This document shows, piece by piece, positions 1 to 9,895 of a DNA stretch of 64,000 bases. Each line of letters opens with the position of its first letter. Within the stretch, counting starts at the first letter, position 1. Source of the stretch: Thalassavirus gary (Duplodnaviria; Heunggongvirae; Uroviricota; Caudoviricetes; Demerecviridae); the IMG/VR virus record IMGVR_UViG_2974784677_000001. One strand, given 5' to 3'. Position numbers and translations under genes: made by a program. The notes under the pieces were generated by a model. It searched no databases. It had not been told where the DNA came from and saw only the letters and a program-made list of their open reading frames with translations.

Positions 1-1782
1 GAACGTGATAGCTTTAGCAGCTTGACGCATCGCAGGGAACTTCTTCTTAACCTCATTAGGCTCACAAGGTAGGTTAAATACCATGTGTGCAATAGTTGAG
101 TGGAAGTCGGCATATTTATCAGGCTCATTGGTCATGTTGATAAATACTTGCTGTAGGTTACGGTCGCCAGATAGTACAGCAGCGTAGTAAACCTCAGCGG
201 TTGTCAAGTCTTTTGCGACAATCTTGTAGCCTTCTGGAGCTACGATACAACCTTTGATAATCGGGTTATCACGAGGAAGTTGTTGCGCGTTAAATGTACC
301 AGACGAACTCAAACGACCAGAAGTTGTACTTGTACATAGGAAGTTAGTACGAATACGACCATCTGCATCAATGTTGTCTAGCAACTTAATGATGAATGAG
401 TTAATCAGTTTACTGGTCTGACGAATTTTAAGGATAAGCTTAGGAATCGCGTGTTGCTCACCTAGTTTCTCCAATACCTCTGCATCAGTTGAATCAGCAC
501 CAGTTTCTGTCATTTTACCTGTAGGAGTAAGACCCACTACGTCGAATAATAGAGTACGTAGTTGTTGAGTAGAGTTAGGGTTAAACTGTTTGTCAAGCAT
601 AGCCTCACATTGTTTAACTTCTGGGTACTCGTATAGTTTCTCCGTGTATTCACGAAGTTGTAGTTCTAGATGCTCATGCGCTCTGTGTAGGCGACTGCGA
701 GATAGTGGCAAACCACGGTTCTCCATACGGCCTAGGAATCGAGTAGCCGGCATTAGCAAGTTCTCATACAACCATTTAAGCTTGTATGACGTGTCGCGAC
801 ATAGAATGTTCCAGAACTTATGGTATAGACGGATAGTTGCGTCTGTATCACCTGCTGCATATTTCCACATAATATCAAAAGGAATAAGGTCATAGGTGAA
901 CTCTTCCTGCTTGATTTTATGCTCTTTACAGTAGTTTTTCTTGAACTCGTCAAGCTCAAAGTCGTAATCACCCATATCGGTGTACTTCATTGCTAGTGAT
1001 TTCAAGCCGTGAGTACCTTGACGTTCATCAAGTACGTAGTGCATTACCATAGTATCGTGAAGACGACCTTCTTGGTGTGCTTTCTCGAAATCAGTACCGA
1101 AGTGGAAAGTCATGATGTGATCATCAAACTTCGAGTTGTGTAGAACAACGTCACGTTTCGGTGTATCAATAATTTTCTGTAGTAGCTCTGCACACTCATC
1201 ATCGAAATAGTCTGCGTCGATGTACACACCTTGATGTGTCATGTGAGACATAGAGATACCTAGTGGTTGACATTTACGAGCTGCCAGACCAGTAGTCTCC
1301 GTATCGAGTGCAATTACAGGCACTTGAGTGATAGGAAGCATGTACACAAGGTTTAGATATTCTAGAATACCTTCTGTACTTTGAATAGGTTTGTAATCTA
1401 CCTTAGCTTTTGCTGCTTTTGTTCCGTCCATAATAGACTTGATTTCAGCTACAGTTGCTTCGAATGCTGGACGCATTTCTGGTTTAATGAACAACATTGC
1501 TGGATTGGTAGATACTAGGAAGTTCTTATACGAACCGTCTTTAGATTCTACTTGCTTACCTGAGTAGTCTGATATACGAGTATGACGAGTGTACTGTTTT
1601 AGAGCTTCTGCACCGATAAGAATAATCCAGTCATAATCCTGCGGATCAATATCTAGAGTAATATCGGCTTTCTTTAGACGCTGAACTTTCTTGTCAGCTA
1701 GGTGTAGGGTTTCGACTGGGAAACCAAATAGTTTTGAGTAGTTTACCTTGTTAGGGCATTTATCAATTACGGCTACTTTCAT
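1..1782 (-). CDS. DNA polymerase family A (PolA-like), N-terminal ~590 aa; gene continues beyond window start
   Basis: Manual minus-strand translation from ATG at 1782: MKVAVIDKC.. with exo motif ALDTETTGL and motifs RIRTNFLCTSTTSGRLSSS..QQLP and AKAITF typical of Pol I family. Confidence 0.7.
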   Translation of the reverse strand, partial: MKVAVIDKCPNKVNYSKLFGFPVETLHLADKKVQRLKKADITLDIDPQDYDWIILIGAEALKQYTRHTRISDYSGKQVESKDGSYKNFLVSTNPAMLFIKPEMRPAFEATVAEIKSIMDGTKAAKAKVDYKPIQSTEGILEYLNLVYMLPITQVPVIALDTETTGLAARKCQPLGISMSHMTHQGVYIDADYFDDECAELLQKIIDTPKRDVVLHNSKFDDHIMTFHFGTDFEKAHQEGRLHDTMVMHYVLDERQGTHGLKSLAMKYTDMGDYDFELDEFKKNYCKEHKIKQEEFTYDLIPFDIMWKYAAGDTDATIRLYHKFWNILCRDTSYKLKWLYENLLMPATRFLGRMENRGLPLSRSRLHRAHEHLELQLREYTEKLYEYPEVKQCEAMLDKQFNPNSTQQLRTLLFDVVGLTPTGKMTETGADSTDAEVLEKLGEQHAIPKLILKIRQTSKLINSFIIKLLDNIDADGRIRTNFLCTSTTSGRLSSSGTFNAQQLPRDNPIIKGCIVAPEGYKIVAKDLTTAEVYYAAVLSGDRNLQQVFINMTNEPDKYADFHSTIAHMVFNLPCEPNEVKKKFPAMRQAAKAITF

Positions 1783-1878
1783 ATAATTCCTTACAATTAC
1801 TATGGGATGTGTACAACCAAATAAAAAGAGGTAATCCAGACTTCTCCGAATTACCTCAGTATTATATCAAAATTAGAA

Positions 1879-2751
1879 TTACCTTGCAATTAGTTTTTCA
1901 ATTTGGTATGCTAGTTTGTCTACGTCTGCTTTAGATAGGCAACCTGGGTCATCACCAGGGTCTAGCATGTAACTAATATCAAGGGCTTCCATCTTAGTTT
2001 TCATACGGATAATATCTTCGATCTTCTTGGCGGCGTACCTGCCAGCCTTATCATTATCCATAAGTATCAAGAAGCGTCTAACCCCTGATATTAGATAAGG
2101 CAATAGTTTTTGGTAAGCATTGGAGAATGTTAAGTTGTGCGTACCGAATACACATACTGCATTAGTAATCCCTTTATCATGTAAGTTAATCATATCGAAT
2201 AAACCTTCGGTAATAATTAACGTGTCAACTCCTTTGACAAATGGGAACACAGGTATGGTTGCTCGTTCTGGATAGAACTTATACTTAGGCTTCACATCTG
2301 AATACATATGTCTGCCATTGAAGCACTGGATTTTACCAGTGGCATCGCTGATTGGAAAGATAATTCTGTTCTCGTAATCTTCATGTCCATAAGTAAACGC
2401 CCCAAACTTTTCATAGGTCTCTCCGGAAATGTCACGGAAATCCTCAGAATAGGGACAGGCGCCAGCTGGAATTTCCATTCCACGAGTTTCTCTTTGTATA
2501 TCTGCGATTTTATCACGTACACTGTAAACTAAGTCATAAACAGGGCTTTGATACTCACCAAAGTGGACGAAGATATTTCCGTGAAAGCCACAACTAAAAC
2601 AGTTAAACTTCCCTGTTTCACTGTCAATCCGCATGGAAGGATTGGAATCATCGTGTTCTGGATTTATACACTTGACAAGGAGATCTCTCCCCTTGTTGAT
2701 ATAGTGTATATCTCTGTCTTTTAATAGCTTTTCCACATTAGTCGAGTTCAT
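1879..2751 (-). CDS. DNA primase (CHC2-type zinc finger + TOPRIM). Start taken at MNSTNVEK because the track ORF extends upstream into the helicase gene.
   Basis: Zn motif C..H..C..C (KCINPEHDD..FNCFSCGFHG), TOPRIM LIITEGLFDMI and LMDNDKAGR; start overlaps helicase stop by a few codons. Confidence 0.65.
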   Translation of the reverse strand: MNSTNVEKLLKDRDIHYINKGRDLLVKCINPEHDDSNPSMRIDSETGKFNCFSCGFHGNIFVHFGEYQSPVYDLVYSVRDKIADIQRETRGMEIPAGACPYSEDFRDISGETYEKFGAFTYGHEDYENRIIFPISDATGKIQCFNGRHMYSDVKPKYKFYPERATIPVFPFVKGVDTLIITEGLFDMINLHDKGITNAVCVFGTHNLTFSNAYQKLLPYLISGVRRFLILMDNDKAGRYAAKKIEDIIRMKTKMEALDISYMLDPGDDPGCLSKADVDKLAYQIEKLIAR

Positions 2752-4138
2752 AACTTGTGTCCTGTACTGATGTTGCAACCTGTGACTCTGCTTTATTTTG
2801 TTCTGCTTCAACCAAAGTGACCTCTCTAGGGTCGGCTTTAAGGCTTGTCCAATCCATACCAATGTTAAATTGGCAGTTAGGCATTGAACGAACTTTGTCA
2901 GTAGTAAGTTGTATAATTCCAGCTTCATGGTCAGCGTCCAATCTGACAGCAATGTCTACTGGTACTAGAATCGCTTTGGAGAAGCGAGCCTGTCCATTTT
3001 CATTAAGCTGGTACGGTGAGAAGATAGCACAATCATGTTTACGTGCCAGGGATTTGAAACCGCGAGATAGCTCTAGCTGGTAAACCCAATCATATGGATC
3101 TCCCTGTGTATCTAGTCTTGTCTCGTTAATGTAGTCTACAATACCCATTGTTAACTTCTTACCGTATTGCGATCTAAACTTACTTAAACTAACATCAATA
3201 GTAGATAGACGCAAGTTAGAATCATCAATGATAATCATAGGATGAATTTCCTCATGATTACGCATTAGTTCTTGGTCTAGTTCTACAAAGTCATCGGTTA
3301 TAAGATGGTTTTTATTTCGTACAAAATTCTTATAGGCTTCTGCGCCTCCATGAAACATTTTTGCTCTAGTCAGTGCTAGTTTACGTAGCTCATCACCCTC
3401 AAGGCATCCTTGCTTGGTGTGCAGAGCATTTACACCTGCCATAATTGCTAGGTTTCTTAACAGAACCTCACGACCTGACATCTCGATTGAGTAGTAGGGT
3501 GCAATATTACCTGCATTCCACTGTGCTACTTGTAGGTTTGAACAAAATACTGACTTACCTGAACCAGTACCACCACCAAGAAGAATGAACTCCTGACGGG
3601 CAGCTCCACCAAACTCGGAATCCCATTTATTAGAGATACCTGTATAAATCATTTCCATTTCTTTATCATTTGAGTGTTGGAATACTGGGATTTGAGAAGC
3701 AGTTAGGATAGTACCACTATTCTCTACTTTCTCTTCTAGTTTTAGAGGTAATGAGTTTAATCTATCAATTAGATCTTCTGCTGTTAGCATTGTAATATCA
3801 TCCAAAATACTACGGCTAATCAGCGTCAATGTTTCTTGTTGTGCAAATTCGTTTCTTAGAGCTTCGATTGCCATGTCGAAGTCTATGTCTAGATCATCAA
3901 GGTGCTGTAAGGCGGATAACGACATTTGTATGTTGTTATTACGACTAAATTTAATGCTAAGCTCATCCATGCTTGGCAGTTTACCATGGTCTTGGTAGTA
4001 TTTAGCGATTGCCTTATGAATTGTACCGTATGAACTAGAGAAGAAATGAGGCTTGATCTTGTCGAAGCAAGCTAGTGCTAATTCTTTATCAGTACAAGAC
4101 AGAAGTAGTTTAAGTACGACTGCTTGAACGTTTATCAT
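2738..4138 (-). CDS. DnaB-like replicative helicase (RecA-fold)
   Basis: Walker A GGGTGSGKSVF, Walker B-like IIIDDSNL, DnaB C-terminal domain pattern; directly upstream of primase. Confidence 0.65.
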   Translation of the reverse strand: MINVQAVVLKLLLSCTDKELALACFDKIKPHFFSSSYGTIHKAIAKYYQDHGKLPSMDELSIKFSRNNNIQMSLSALQHLDDLDIDFDMAIEALRNEFAQQETLTLISRSILDDITMLTAEDLIDRLNSLPLKLEEKVENSGTILTASQIPVFQHSNDKEMEMIYTGISNKWDSEFGGAARQEFILLGGGTGSGKSVFCSNLQVAQWNAGNIAPYYSIEMSGREVLLRNLAIMAGVNALHTKQGCLEGDELRKLALTRAKMFHGGAEAYKNFVRNKNHLITDDFVELDQELMRNHEEIHPMIIIDDSNLRLSTIDVSLSKFRSQYGKKLTMGIVDYINETRLDTQGDPYDWVYQLELSRGFKSLARKHDCAIFSPYQLNENGQARFSKAILVPVDIAVRLDADHEAGIIQLTTDKVRSMPNCQFNIGMDWTSLKADPREVTLVEAEQNKAESQVATSVQDTSYELD

Positions 4139-4149
4139 TATTGCTCCGA

Positions 4150-4195
4150 TAATAAAAAAGGGAAGCTATGCAGCCTCCCTCTTTTTAACTTAATA
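4150..4195 (-). terminator. rho-independent terminator (minus strand) after 4200-4964 gene
   Basis: minus-strand hairpin GGGAGGCTGCATAGCTTCCC followed by TTTTTTATT. Confidence 0.5.
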
Positions 4196-4199
4196 AGAA

Positions 4200-4964
4200 T
4201 TACTCAGCTTTTTCAGCTTTAGCGTCTAGTTTTGCACGTTGTTTTTCACCGTTATGGTCAGCACAAGCAAGACCACGACGAGTTAGAGCGTTTTTAACAC
4301 CGCGTTCTGATTTACCAACTTTTTCAGCGATTTCCGCAACAGTTAGATCAGCCATAACGTCCATTACAGGTTCTAACCAGTCAGCGCGTACTGTAGCTTT
4401 GCTTTCTGCTTGATGAGGGATTTCGTTGATACGACCTTCACGATGTAGGCTTAGACCTTTACCGCGTACAGATTGTAGTGGACGACCCATAGCTTCTGCG
4501 ATTGCTTCTAGTGAATCACCAGCGTTAGCCATTTCGATGAAAGTAGCTTCTTCTGCTTCAGTGTAAGTACGTTTAGCAGCAACTTTTTCAGCTTTCTTCA
4601 CAGCATCAGTCATTTCTAGAGAAAGAACCTTACCTTGAATTTGTTTAGCACTGAACTTACCAGCTAGGAAAGTAGCAGCTACTTCGTTGTAAGTCATTTC
4701 ACCGTTGTGAGCGTTTAGGAAGTCTACTAGAGCAGCTTCTTCGTCTTCAGCCCATGCTGATTTGTTAGCATCAGATGCTTTTTGAACTTCTAGAGAAAGT
4801 TCACCAACTTTTACAAGTTGACGTAGTTTAGAACCGATACCGCGTGCTGTGTGACCTAGCTCATCAGCAATGTCTTTTAGCAAATCTTGTGATACTAGAG
4901 TAACACCTTCTACACGAGCTTTAAGTACAGATACGTTTTCTTCATTCCAAGCGAATTTAGCCAT
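4200..4964 (-). CDS. hypothetical protein with repeated HTH-like segments
   Basis: 254-aa ORF; repeated AEIAEKVGKSERGV / AIAEAMGRPLQSV motifs; terminator hairpin downstream at 4150-4195. Confidence 0.35.
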   Translation of the reverse strand: MAKFAWNEENVSVLKARVEGVTLVSQDLLKDIADELGHTARGIGSKLRQLVKVGELSLEVQKASDANKSAWAEDEEAALVDFLNAHNGEMTYNEVAATFLAGKFSAKQIQGKVLSLEMTDAVKKAEKVAAKRTYTEAEEATFIEMANAGDSLEAIAEAMGRPLQSVRGKGLSLHREGRINEIPHQAESKATVRADWLEPVMDVMADLTVAEIAEKVGKSERGVKNALTRRGLACADHNGEKQRAKLDAKAEKAE

Positions 4965-4968
4965 TATT

Positions 4969-5745
4969 TTATTCTCCGATAATATTAATTAATTCTTTGA
5001 TAGTTACAATTGGTAGGTCGTTTGCAAGAGCTTTCTTGTAAGACGAAGATCCTTTCTTCGTCTCGTCTTCACAAACGAGATATTTAACAGTTTTGGTAAC
5101 GCTGCCTTTGACAGTGATACCGAATTGTGATAAGTAGTCAGCAGCCTTAGTACGACTAGCGTAGTCGTTAAGCTTGCCTGTGATACATACATCGAATTTG
5201 TGCTCTGTATTTTGTGTCGGTTTTGTGCTTACTTCCGCAAAAGTAATAAAACCGTCTAGAGCTTCGATTGTATCTAAACCCTCTAGTGAATTACACCAGT
5301 CCATGAGGGATTCCGTAGCTTTCGCACCTAGACCTGCATCCGTACAGGCTTTAGCAGTGATTTCCTGAAAGCTATTGATTTTTGTAGCAAGCTTCTCAGC
5401 GGCTACTTTACCGATTAACTTAATACCAAGTGAGCCAAGAACTAAGGCAAATTCACTGGTTTTAGTTTTCTGTATTTCGGTAAAGAGTTTCGAACCTACT
5501 TTGTCTCCAAGAACTGATGTGAGCCGCTGCTCGGTCAGGTTATATAGTCCTGAAATAGTAGTTAGTTCTAGTTTGGAAACAGTTGCAGAGCCAAAACCCT
5601 TAATTTTCATTTTCTTACAGTAGTTCTCAACAAGTTTTGAACTCTGTGCGGGACAAGCAGTTTTATTTCGACAGAATAATTGACCGTTAACGTTTTCAAG
5701 CGTTGAGCCGCATGACGGACATTCTGTTGGAATTACTATTTGCAT
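4969..5745 (-). CDS. NAD-dependent DNA ligase, C-terminal part (Zn-finger + HhH domains) = ligase subunit B
   Basis: CPSCGSTLENVNGQLFCRNKTACPAQ aligns with LigA C4 zinc finger; KGFGSATVSKL HhH motifs follow. Confidence 0.7.
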   Translation of the reverse strand: MQIVIPTECPSCGSTLENVNGQLFCRNKTACPAQSSKLVENYCKKMKIKGFGSATVSKLELTTISGLYNLTEQRLTSVLGDKVGSKLFTEIQKTKTSEFALVLGSLGIKLIGKVAAEKLATKINSFQEITAKACTDAGLGAKATESLMDWCNSLEGLDTIEALDGFITFAEVSTKPTQNTEHKFDVCITGKLNDYASRTKAADYLSQFGITVKGSVTKTVKYLVCEDETKKGSSSYKKALANDLPIVTIKELINIIGE

Positions 5746-5901
5746 TTCATTATCTCCCTCAACTTTATGATAATATTATAGCAAGAAATTTAGCAGTTGA
5801 GCAATTAACTTTTTAATCTTTTTGGTAACTGCTAAATTAATTAATTTGCTTTCCCTCAATTCGTGATAGATAGTATATACCGATTATCCAAAATTGTCAA
5901 A

Positions 5902-6462
5902 TCAGTTTTCTAGCATCTCTTCGAGGATAGCTTTCAACTCTTCGAAATCCGAGGTGAAGCGCAAGTTGAAAGTAGGGATACCGTAACTACGTGATATTTC
6001 CACAGCAGTTCTAGTACCACCCTTGACTACTCGTGCTGGAGTCTCACTAGCAGTATAGATTGTCAAGTCTGCCATAGTCTCAGGACTTAGTGATGTACCT
6101 AATGCTTGGAATACATTTCTAGTATGCATAGCACGGCCACCACGTTTTAGGTGATCCCACGCAGGGTGATGCTCTTCAGCGATACGACGAGCTTCCATTA
6201 ACAGTGCTTCTGGGCATGTATCAATAGATAACATCTGGGCATCGTCTGTTTCGAAGCCATCATTATACCCATTCCAAGGTAGGAAGTGCTGGACAAAGAT
6301 ATAGTTATCCCATTCTTTGTCGCTACCTAGAGCGTTACCAGAAGCGCCAGCAACACCTAGCTTTGCCAGTAACTCACCGATAACCATAATTCGGTGTCTA
6401 TCTAGCTCATCAATATTACGAGAGCCTACAACACAGGCTCTATGATTCTTTAGTTTTACCAT
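5902..6462 (-). CDS. SLOG/DprA-like Rossmann-fold protein (inserted between the ligase halves)
   Basis: VVGSRN...GASGNALGSD resembles the DprA/LOG GxxGxD nucleotide-binding motif; weak. Confidence 0.3.
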   Translation of the reverse strand: MVKLKNHRACVVGSRNIDELDRHRIMVIGELLAKLGVAGASGNALGSDKEWDNYIFVQHFLPWNGYNDGFETDDAQMLSIDTCPEALLMEARRIAEEHHPAWDHLKRGGRAMHTRNVFQALGTSLSPETMADLTIYTASETPARVVKGGTRTAVEISRSYGIPTFNLRFTSDFEELKAILEEMLEN

Positions 6463-6860
6463 GATACGTGTACCTCATTCTTACTTCTTGAAATGGTAGT
6501 TTTAGCTTCGTATCCCAATACTCTTAGTGCTGTTTTTAGTCTACATGCTTGGGAATAATCTTCTTTATATATAATCACACTATTTTTGAACTTAGACTCA
6601 GCTTCAGCAATTTTCTCACGAGCACCAACTTCCTCTACATAGATAGCTGCACTCGCTTTCATACAACGACGAGAGTATGCTGCATCCTTTATAGGTACTG
6701 GTCGCATTGCAGCAGCACCTAGAGTCGGTTCTACACGGGGCATTTTAGAACCAGAGCTTGGTTTAGGTGGGTCTTCTTTGGGGCATAGTGCAGCCGCCCC
6801 CGTAAGTGTTGCCTTTGGTTTTAGACCAGGCAGTCGTATATCCCAAAGTCTAATTCCCAT
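6456..6860 (-). CDS. hypothetical protein (inserted between ligase halves)
   Basis: 134-aa ORF, stop/start coupled with flanking genes; no recognisable nuclease motif. Confidence 0.3.
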   Translation of the reverse strand: MGIRLWDIRLPGLKPKATLTGAAALCPKEDPPKPSSGSKMPRVEPTLGAAAMRPVPIKDAAYSRRCMKASAAIYVEEVGAREKIAEAESKFKNSVIIYKEDYSQACRLKTALRVLGYEAKTTISRSKNEVHVSW

Positions 6861-7828
6861 TAGAAAGCCTCCACAATCTTAGGAATGATACCACCTGCAC
6901 GAATAATACGAACTTCTTGACCGATATGCGTGATACCCATCGCTTTCATATATTCTACATTATTTAAAGTAACACGAGTTACCTTGGCATCTTCAAGAAC
7001 TACTTCTTTAACAATAGCAACCGGAGTTACTTTACCGGAAGCGCCTACCCCCCAGATAACGTTTTCGATGGTAGTGATCTCACCTTCATCGTCTTCCTTA
7101 ACAGCGAATGCGCCTTTAGGGTACTTAGAAGTGAAACCCGCTGCGAAGTAAGCACGGTTACGTTTTAGACGGTATACTAGACCATCAGTCATGATTAGAC
7201 CATGCTCTACAGCTTTCTTAACGTTGTCGCTAAGAATAGTATGGAATCCTAGATTCTCTAGTTCTTTCATATCGTTATCGTACATAGCGCCTAGGCAACC
7301 ATCAGCACAAGTCTGTACGTTGTAAGCGATGAAACGCAAGCCGCCTTCCATGAGACGAGTCATGAACTCCTGACCATTATCAAGGTTCATAGCACCTGAC
7401 GCATAGTTACGAGCATTTTCAATATCTTTAGTAGTTACTACTTCACCAGTTACCTGCATAATCGGAGCGTAGTAGTCTACATTTGCAGGTACTAGATGCT
7501 CTAGGTTCTGTGTAATATCACGACCTTTAACACCGTCACCACGAGTCAAACATTGAACCAGCTTACCATTAATATATAGACAATCAACAGCACAGCCATC
7601 AAGTTTTGGTGACTCGATGTACGGTTCTAGATTAGGTAGTTCGTCACCACGACAAGGGTATTTCTTCTCTAGCGACCACATACGAAACATGTGAGCTTCC
7701 TCACCCTTGTGACCAATAGTTACTTCTGCATCTGGGAAGCGACGAATAAGAGCATCATACTCTTCGTCAGAGATTAGTGGTTCACCATCGTAGTACGCAC
7801 GCTGAAGTTCTGCAATAAATTGTTTCAT
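6860..7828 (-). CDS. NAD-dependent DNA ligase, N-terminal part (Ia + adenylation + OB domains) = ligase subunit A
   Basis: N-terminal Ia motif YYDGEPLISDEEYDAL, adenylation lysine motif KLDG, ends after OB fold (EVRIIRAGGIIPKIV). Confidence 0.8.
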   Translation of the reverse strand: MKQFIAELQRAYYDGEPLISDEEYDALIRRFPDAEVTIGHKGEEAHMFRMWSLEKKYPCRGDELPNLEPYIESPKLDGCAVDCLYINGKLVQCLTRGDGVKGRDITQNLEHLVPANVDYYAPIMQVTGEVVTTKDIENARNYASGAMNLDNGQEFMTRLMEGGLRFIAYNVQTCADGCLGAMYDNDMKELENLGFHTILSDNVKKAVEHGLIMTDGLVYRLKRNRAYFAAGFTSKYPKGAFAVKEDDEGEITTIENVIWGVGASGKVTPVAIVKEVVLEDAKVTRVTLNNVEYMKAMGITHIGQEVRIIRAGGIIPKIVEAF

Positions 7829-7861
7829 TCAAATCTCCTTTAATTTATAAACATATTATAC

Positions 7862-8128
7862 TTACATTCTACCTGAAACGCAAGTTGAGATTTGCGGAAT
7901 TGAGACCTGTAAATGCTTCTCAATTAAATCCGCAGATTCGTTTGCAGAAAATTGGTGACAGGCGCAGATAAAAACTCGAACCTGGGCACAGAACGTTTCA
8001 TAGTTATCACCCTGATTAAGCATCAAGATATGAGACTTACCCTTAGCTAAGTCATCAGCAGCTGCCTTACAACGACGATGGAATGACTGCTGTAAGTCTT
8101 TTTGTGATAGTGGTTTGCCATATTTCAT
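7862..8128 (-). CDS. hypothetical protein
   Basis: 88-aa ORF in co-directional gene string. Confidence 0.3.
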   Translation of the reverse strand: MKYGKPLSQKDLQQSFHRRCKAAADDLAKGKSHILMLNQGDNYETFCAQVRVFICACHQFSANESADLIEKHLQVSIPQISTCVSGRM

Positions 8129-8493
8129 TTTAGTTCCTCTACTTTGGTTGCTAGTGGGTCTGCATGTTTAAGTACTAACCCATAAGCCATTGGGGCTAGG
8201 CTTCTTACTACAGTATCTTTGTTTTCATCTACGTAGCCATCTAGCATACGACAGGATGGTGCTACATACATTTCTTTGGCTTGTTTTTCAAACTGAGGCA
8301 GGATTGTTCCAGTTATACGTAGTTTATTGCCGTCTACTTTAGCTGTATGAACTGTACCAACTGGTGGCTTGGAGCTATCGTAGCTAGCAAAGATTCTACC
8401 CTTAATACCCTCGAACTGTTTTAAAGCTTCGGGTGAGAATTTCAGCCCATTTTTATCCACTTCAGTAGAGGACGCAATACATGAAAAGTACAT
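8125..8493 (-). CDS. hypothetical protein
   Basis: 122-aa ORF, overlapping start/stop with neighbours. Confidence 0.35.
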   Translation of the reverse strand: MYFSCIASSTEVDKNGLKFSPEALKQFEGIKGRIFASYDSSKPPVGTVHTAKVDGNKLRITGTILPQFEKQAKEMYVAPSCRMLDGYVDENKDTVVRSLAPMAYGLVLKHADPLATKVEELK

Positions 8494-8726
8494 TAGTTTA
8501 CCTCTATAATTACATTGTCAAAACGAATAGTCGCCATCTCAAATGGGATACATTCCACTTGTAGTTCATCATCAATAATAATAAAGTGACCTTTATTATC
8601 TTTTACGTAACATTCTACGTATTTGTCTTTTGTATTTAGGTTGGCTACACCAAAAACTTCAACCCCATCTAGGTATATTTTTACGCCACCTGTAGTAGCC
8701 CCAATTGTACTTGAATTAATTAACAT
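8493..8726 (-). CDS. hypothetical protein
   Basis: 77-aa ORF, coupled ATGA junction. Confidence 0.3.
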   Translation of the reverse strand: MLINSSTIGATTGGVKIYLDGVEVFGVANLNTKDKYVECYVKDNKGHFIIIDDELQVECIPFEMATIRFDNVIIEVN

Positions 8727-8756
8727 TTATATTCCTTATATATGAGAAAAGCCGAA

Positions 8757-9062
8757 TCATTTACGATTCGGCTCATAGTCTATGTGCTTTAGCACTTCAT
8801 GTAACACTTCACCCTTACTTAATATCTTAGTCAATGCTCCGAATAACGCACCTGTAGTATTTAAGTTGTAAGGGAAAGTAAATCCTTGTCTAGTTGGCAT
8901 CCATGAATCATCTATATCTATGACCCACTTTCTCATGCCTAGATACAGATTGCCTCGAAACTCTGAGACTGTTAGACGAATCTGAGTGTCTTTCTCAAAA
9001 CTCTCGTAGATTATTTCGTCTAACAGATCATCATGCCCGTTGTAATTATCGGTTACGTCCAT
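8757..9062 (-). CDS. hypothetical protein
   Basis: 101-aa ORF. Confidence 0.3.
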   Translation of the reverse strand: MDVTDNYNGHDDLLDEIIYESFEKDTQIRLTVSEFRGNLYLGMRKWVIDIDDSWMPTRQGFTFPYNLNTTGALFGALTKILSKGEVLHEVLKHIDYEPNRK

Positions 9063-9366
9063 TACGTAGCTCCGCTGCTAACGGAGACATACGACGTACA
9101 TCTTGAGCGTGAATTAAGCGGAACTTATCATTAGTCCAGCTAAATACTAAGATGCTGTTCTCACCCTTAGCATGGTCTTGTGCTTCATCCAAAGGTAGGT
9201 CTGCACGAACGCCAGCTTTACCAGAAGCATGTTTTGCTTGGATGTATTTGTTGTCGAAGTCAGTAGTACCAACTAGGTAAGTAGTACCTTTGCCAGTATG
9301 TTTACGGTAGTATAGATAGAAATCACCGTGTTTGTCAGCCTGTTCTAGAATATGATTTAATTTCAT
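9046..9366 (-). CDS. hypothetical protein
   Basis: 106-aa ORF. Confidence 0.3.
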   Translation of the reverse strand: MKLNHILEQADKHGDFYLYYRKHTGKGTTYLVGTTDFDNKYIQAKHASGKAGVRADLPLDEAQDHAKGENSILVFSWTNDKFRLIHAQDVRRMSPLAAELRNGRNR

Positions 9367-9405
9367 AGCAACTTTCCTATGTTAGTTGTAGAAGGGAGGT
9401 GACGA

Positions 9406-9816
9406 TTACTCGTCGTCACCCATTGTGCGGATTGCGCCAGCAAGAGCTTGAGCTGCTTTACCAGTAAGTTTTTCGATCACTTCCATAAGTTCGTCACTTA
9501 CTTCTGCACCACCGTCTTGAAGTGCTGATACAAGCTCTGCTTGAGCGTCAGCTTTAGACATTTTCTTGCCACCAGTTGAAGCTGCTTTAGCTTTTGGAGC
9601 TTTAGTTGCTTTGATGTAAACTGGATTGCCTTCATCGTCAGTTGCACGTTGTAGAATTGCGCGAACAGAGTTCACAGAGAAATCTAGCTCATCAGCGATG
9701 CCCTTACAAACTTCGGTAGAGTTTGTTGCACGATCAGCTTCTTCAAATTCACCGATACGTTCTAGGTACATTTCAACAGCTTCTGCGCGTAGTTCATCAG
9801 TCCAAGTATTAGCCAT
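9406..9816 (-). CDS. hypothetical acidic protein
   Basis: 136-aa ORF with RBS. Confidence 0.35.
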   Translation of the reverse strand: MANTWTDELRAEAVEMYLERIGEFEEADRATNSTEVCKGIADELDFSVNSVRAILQRATDDEGNPVYIKATKAPKAKAASTGGKKMSKADAQAELVSALQDGGAEVSDELMEVIEKLTGKAAQALAGAIRTMGDDE

Positions 9817-9895
9817 AATTATATTTTCCTTTGGTTTGTTGTTTAACTTTGAGATTATATTATACGAAAGTTTCAGTGTTTTAGCAATTCAAGTT

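Noticed and set aside
590-971. ORFs 590-895(+) and 753-971(-)
   Set aside because: They lie inside the family-A polymerase coding region, which reads continuously on the minus strand; antisense or alternate-frame artefacts.
2292-2532. Overlapping ORFs 2292-2522(-) and 2308-2532(+) inside the primase gene
   Set aside because: Embedded within or antisense to a well-supported primase reading frame, with no RBS; spurious.
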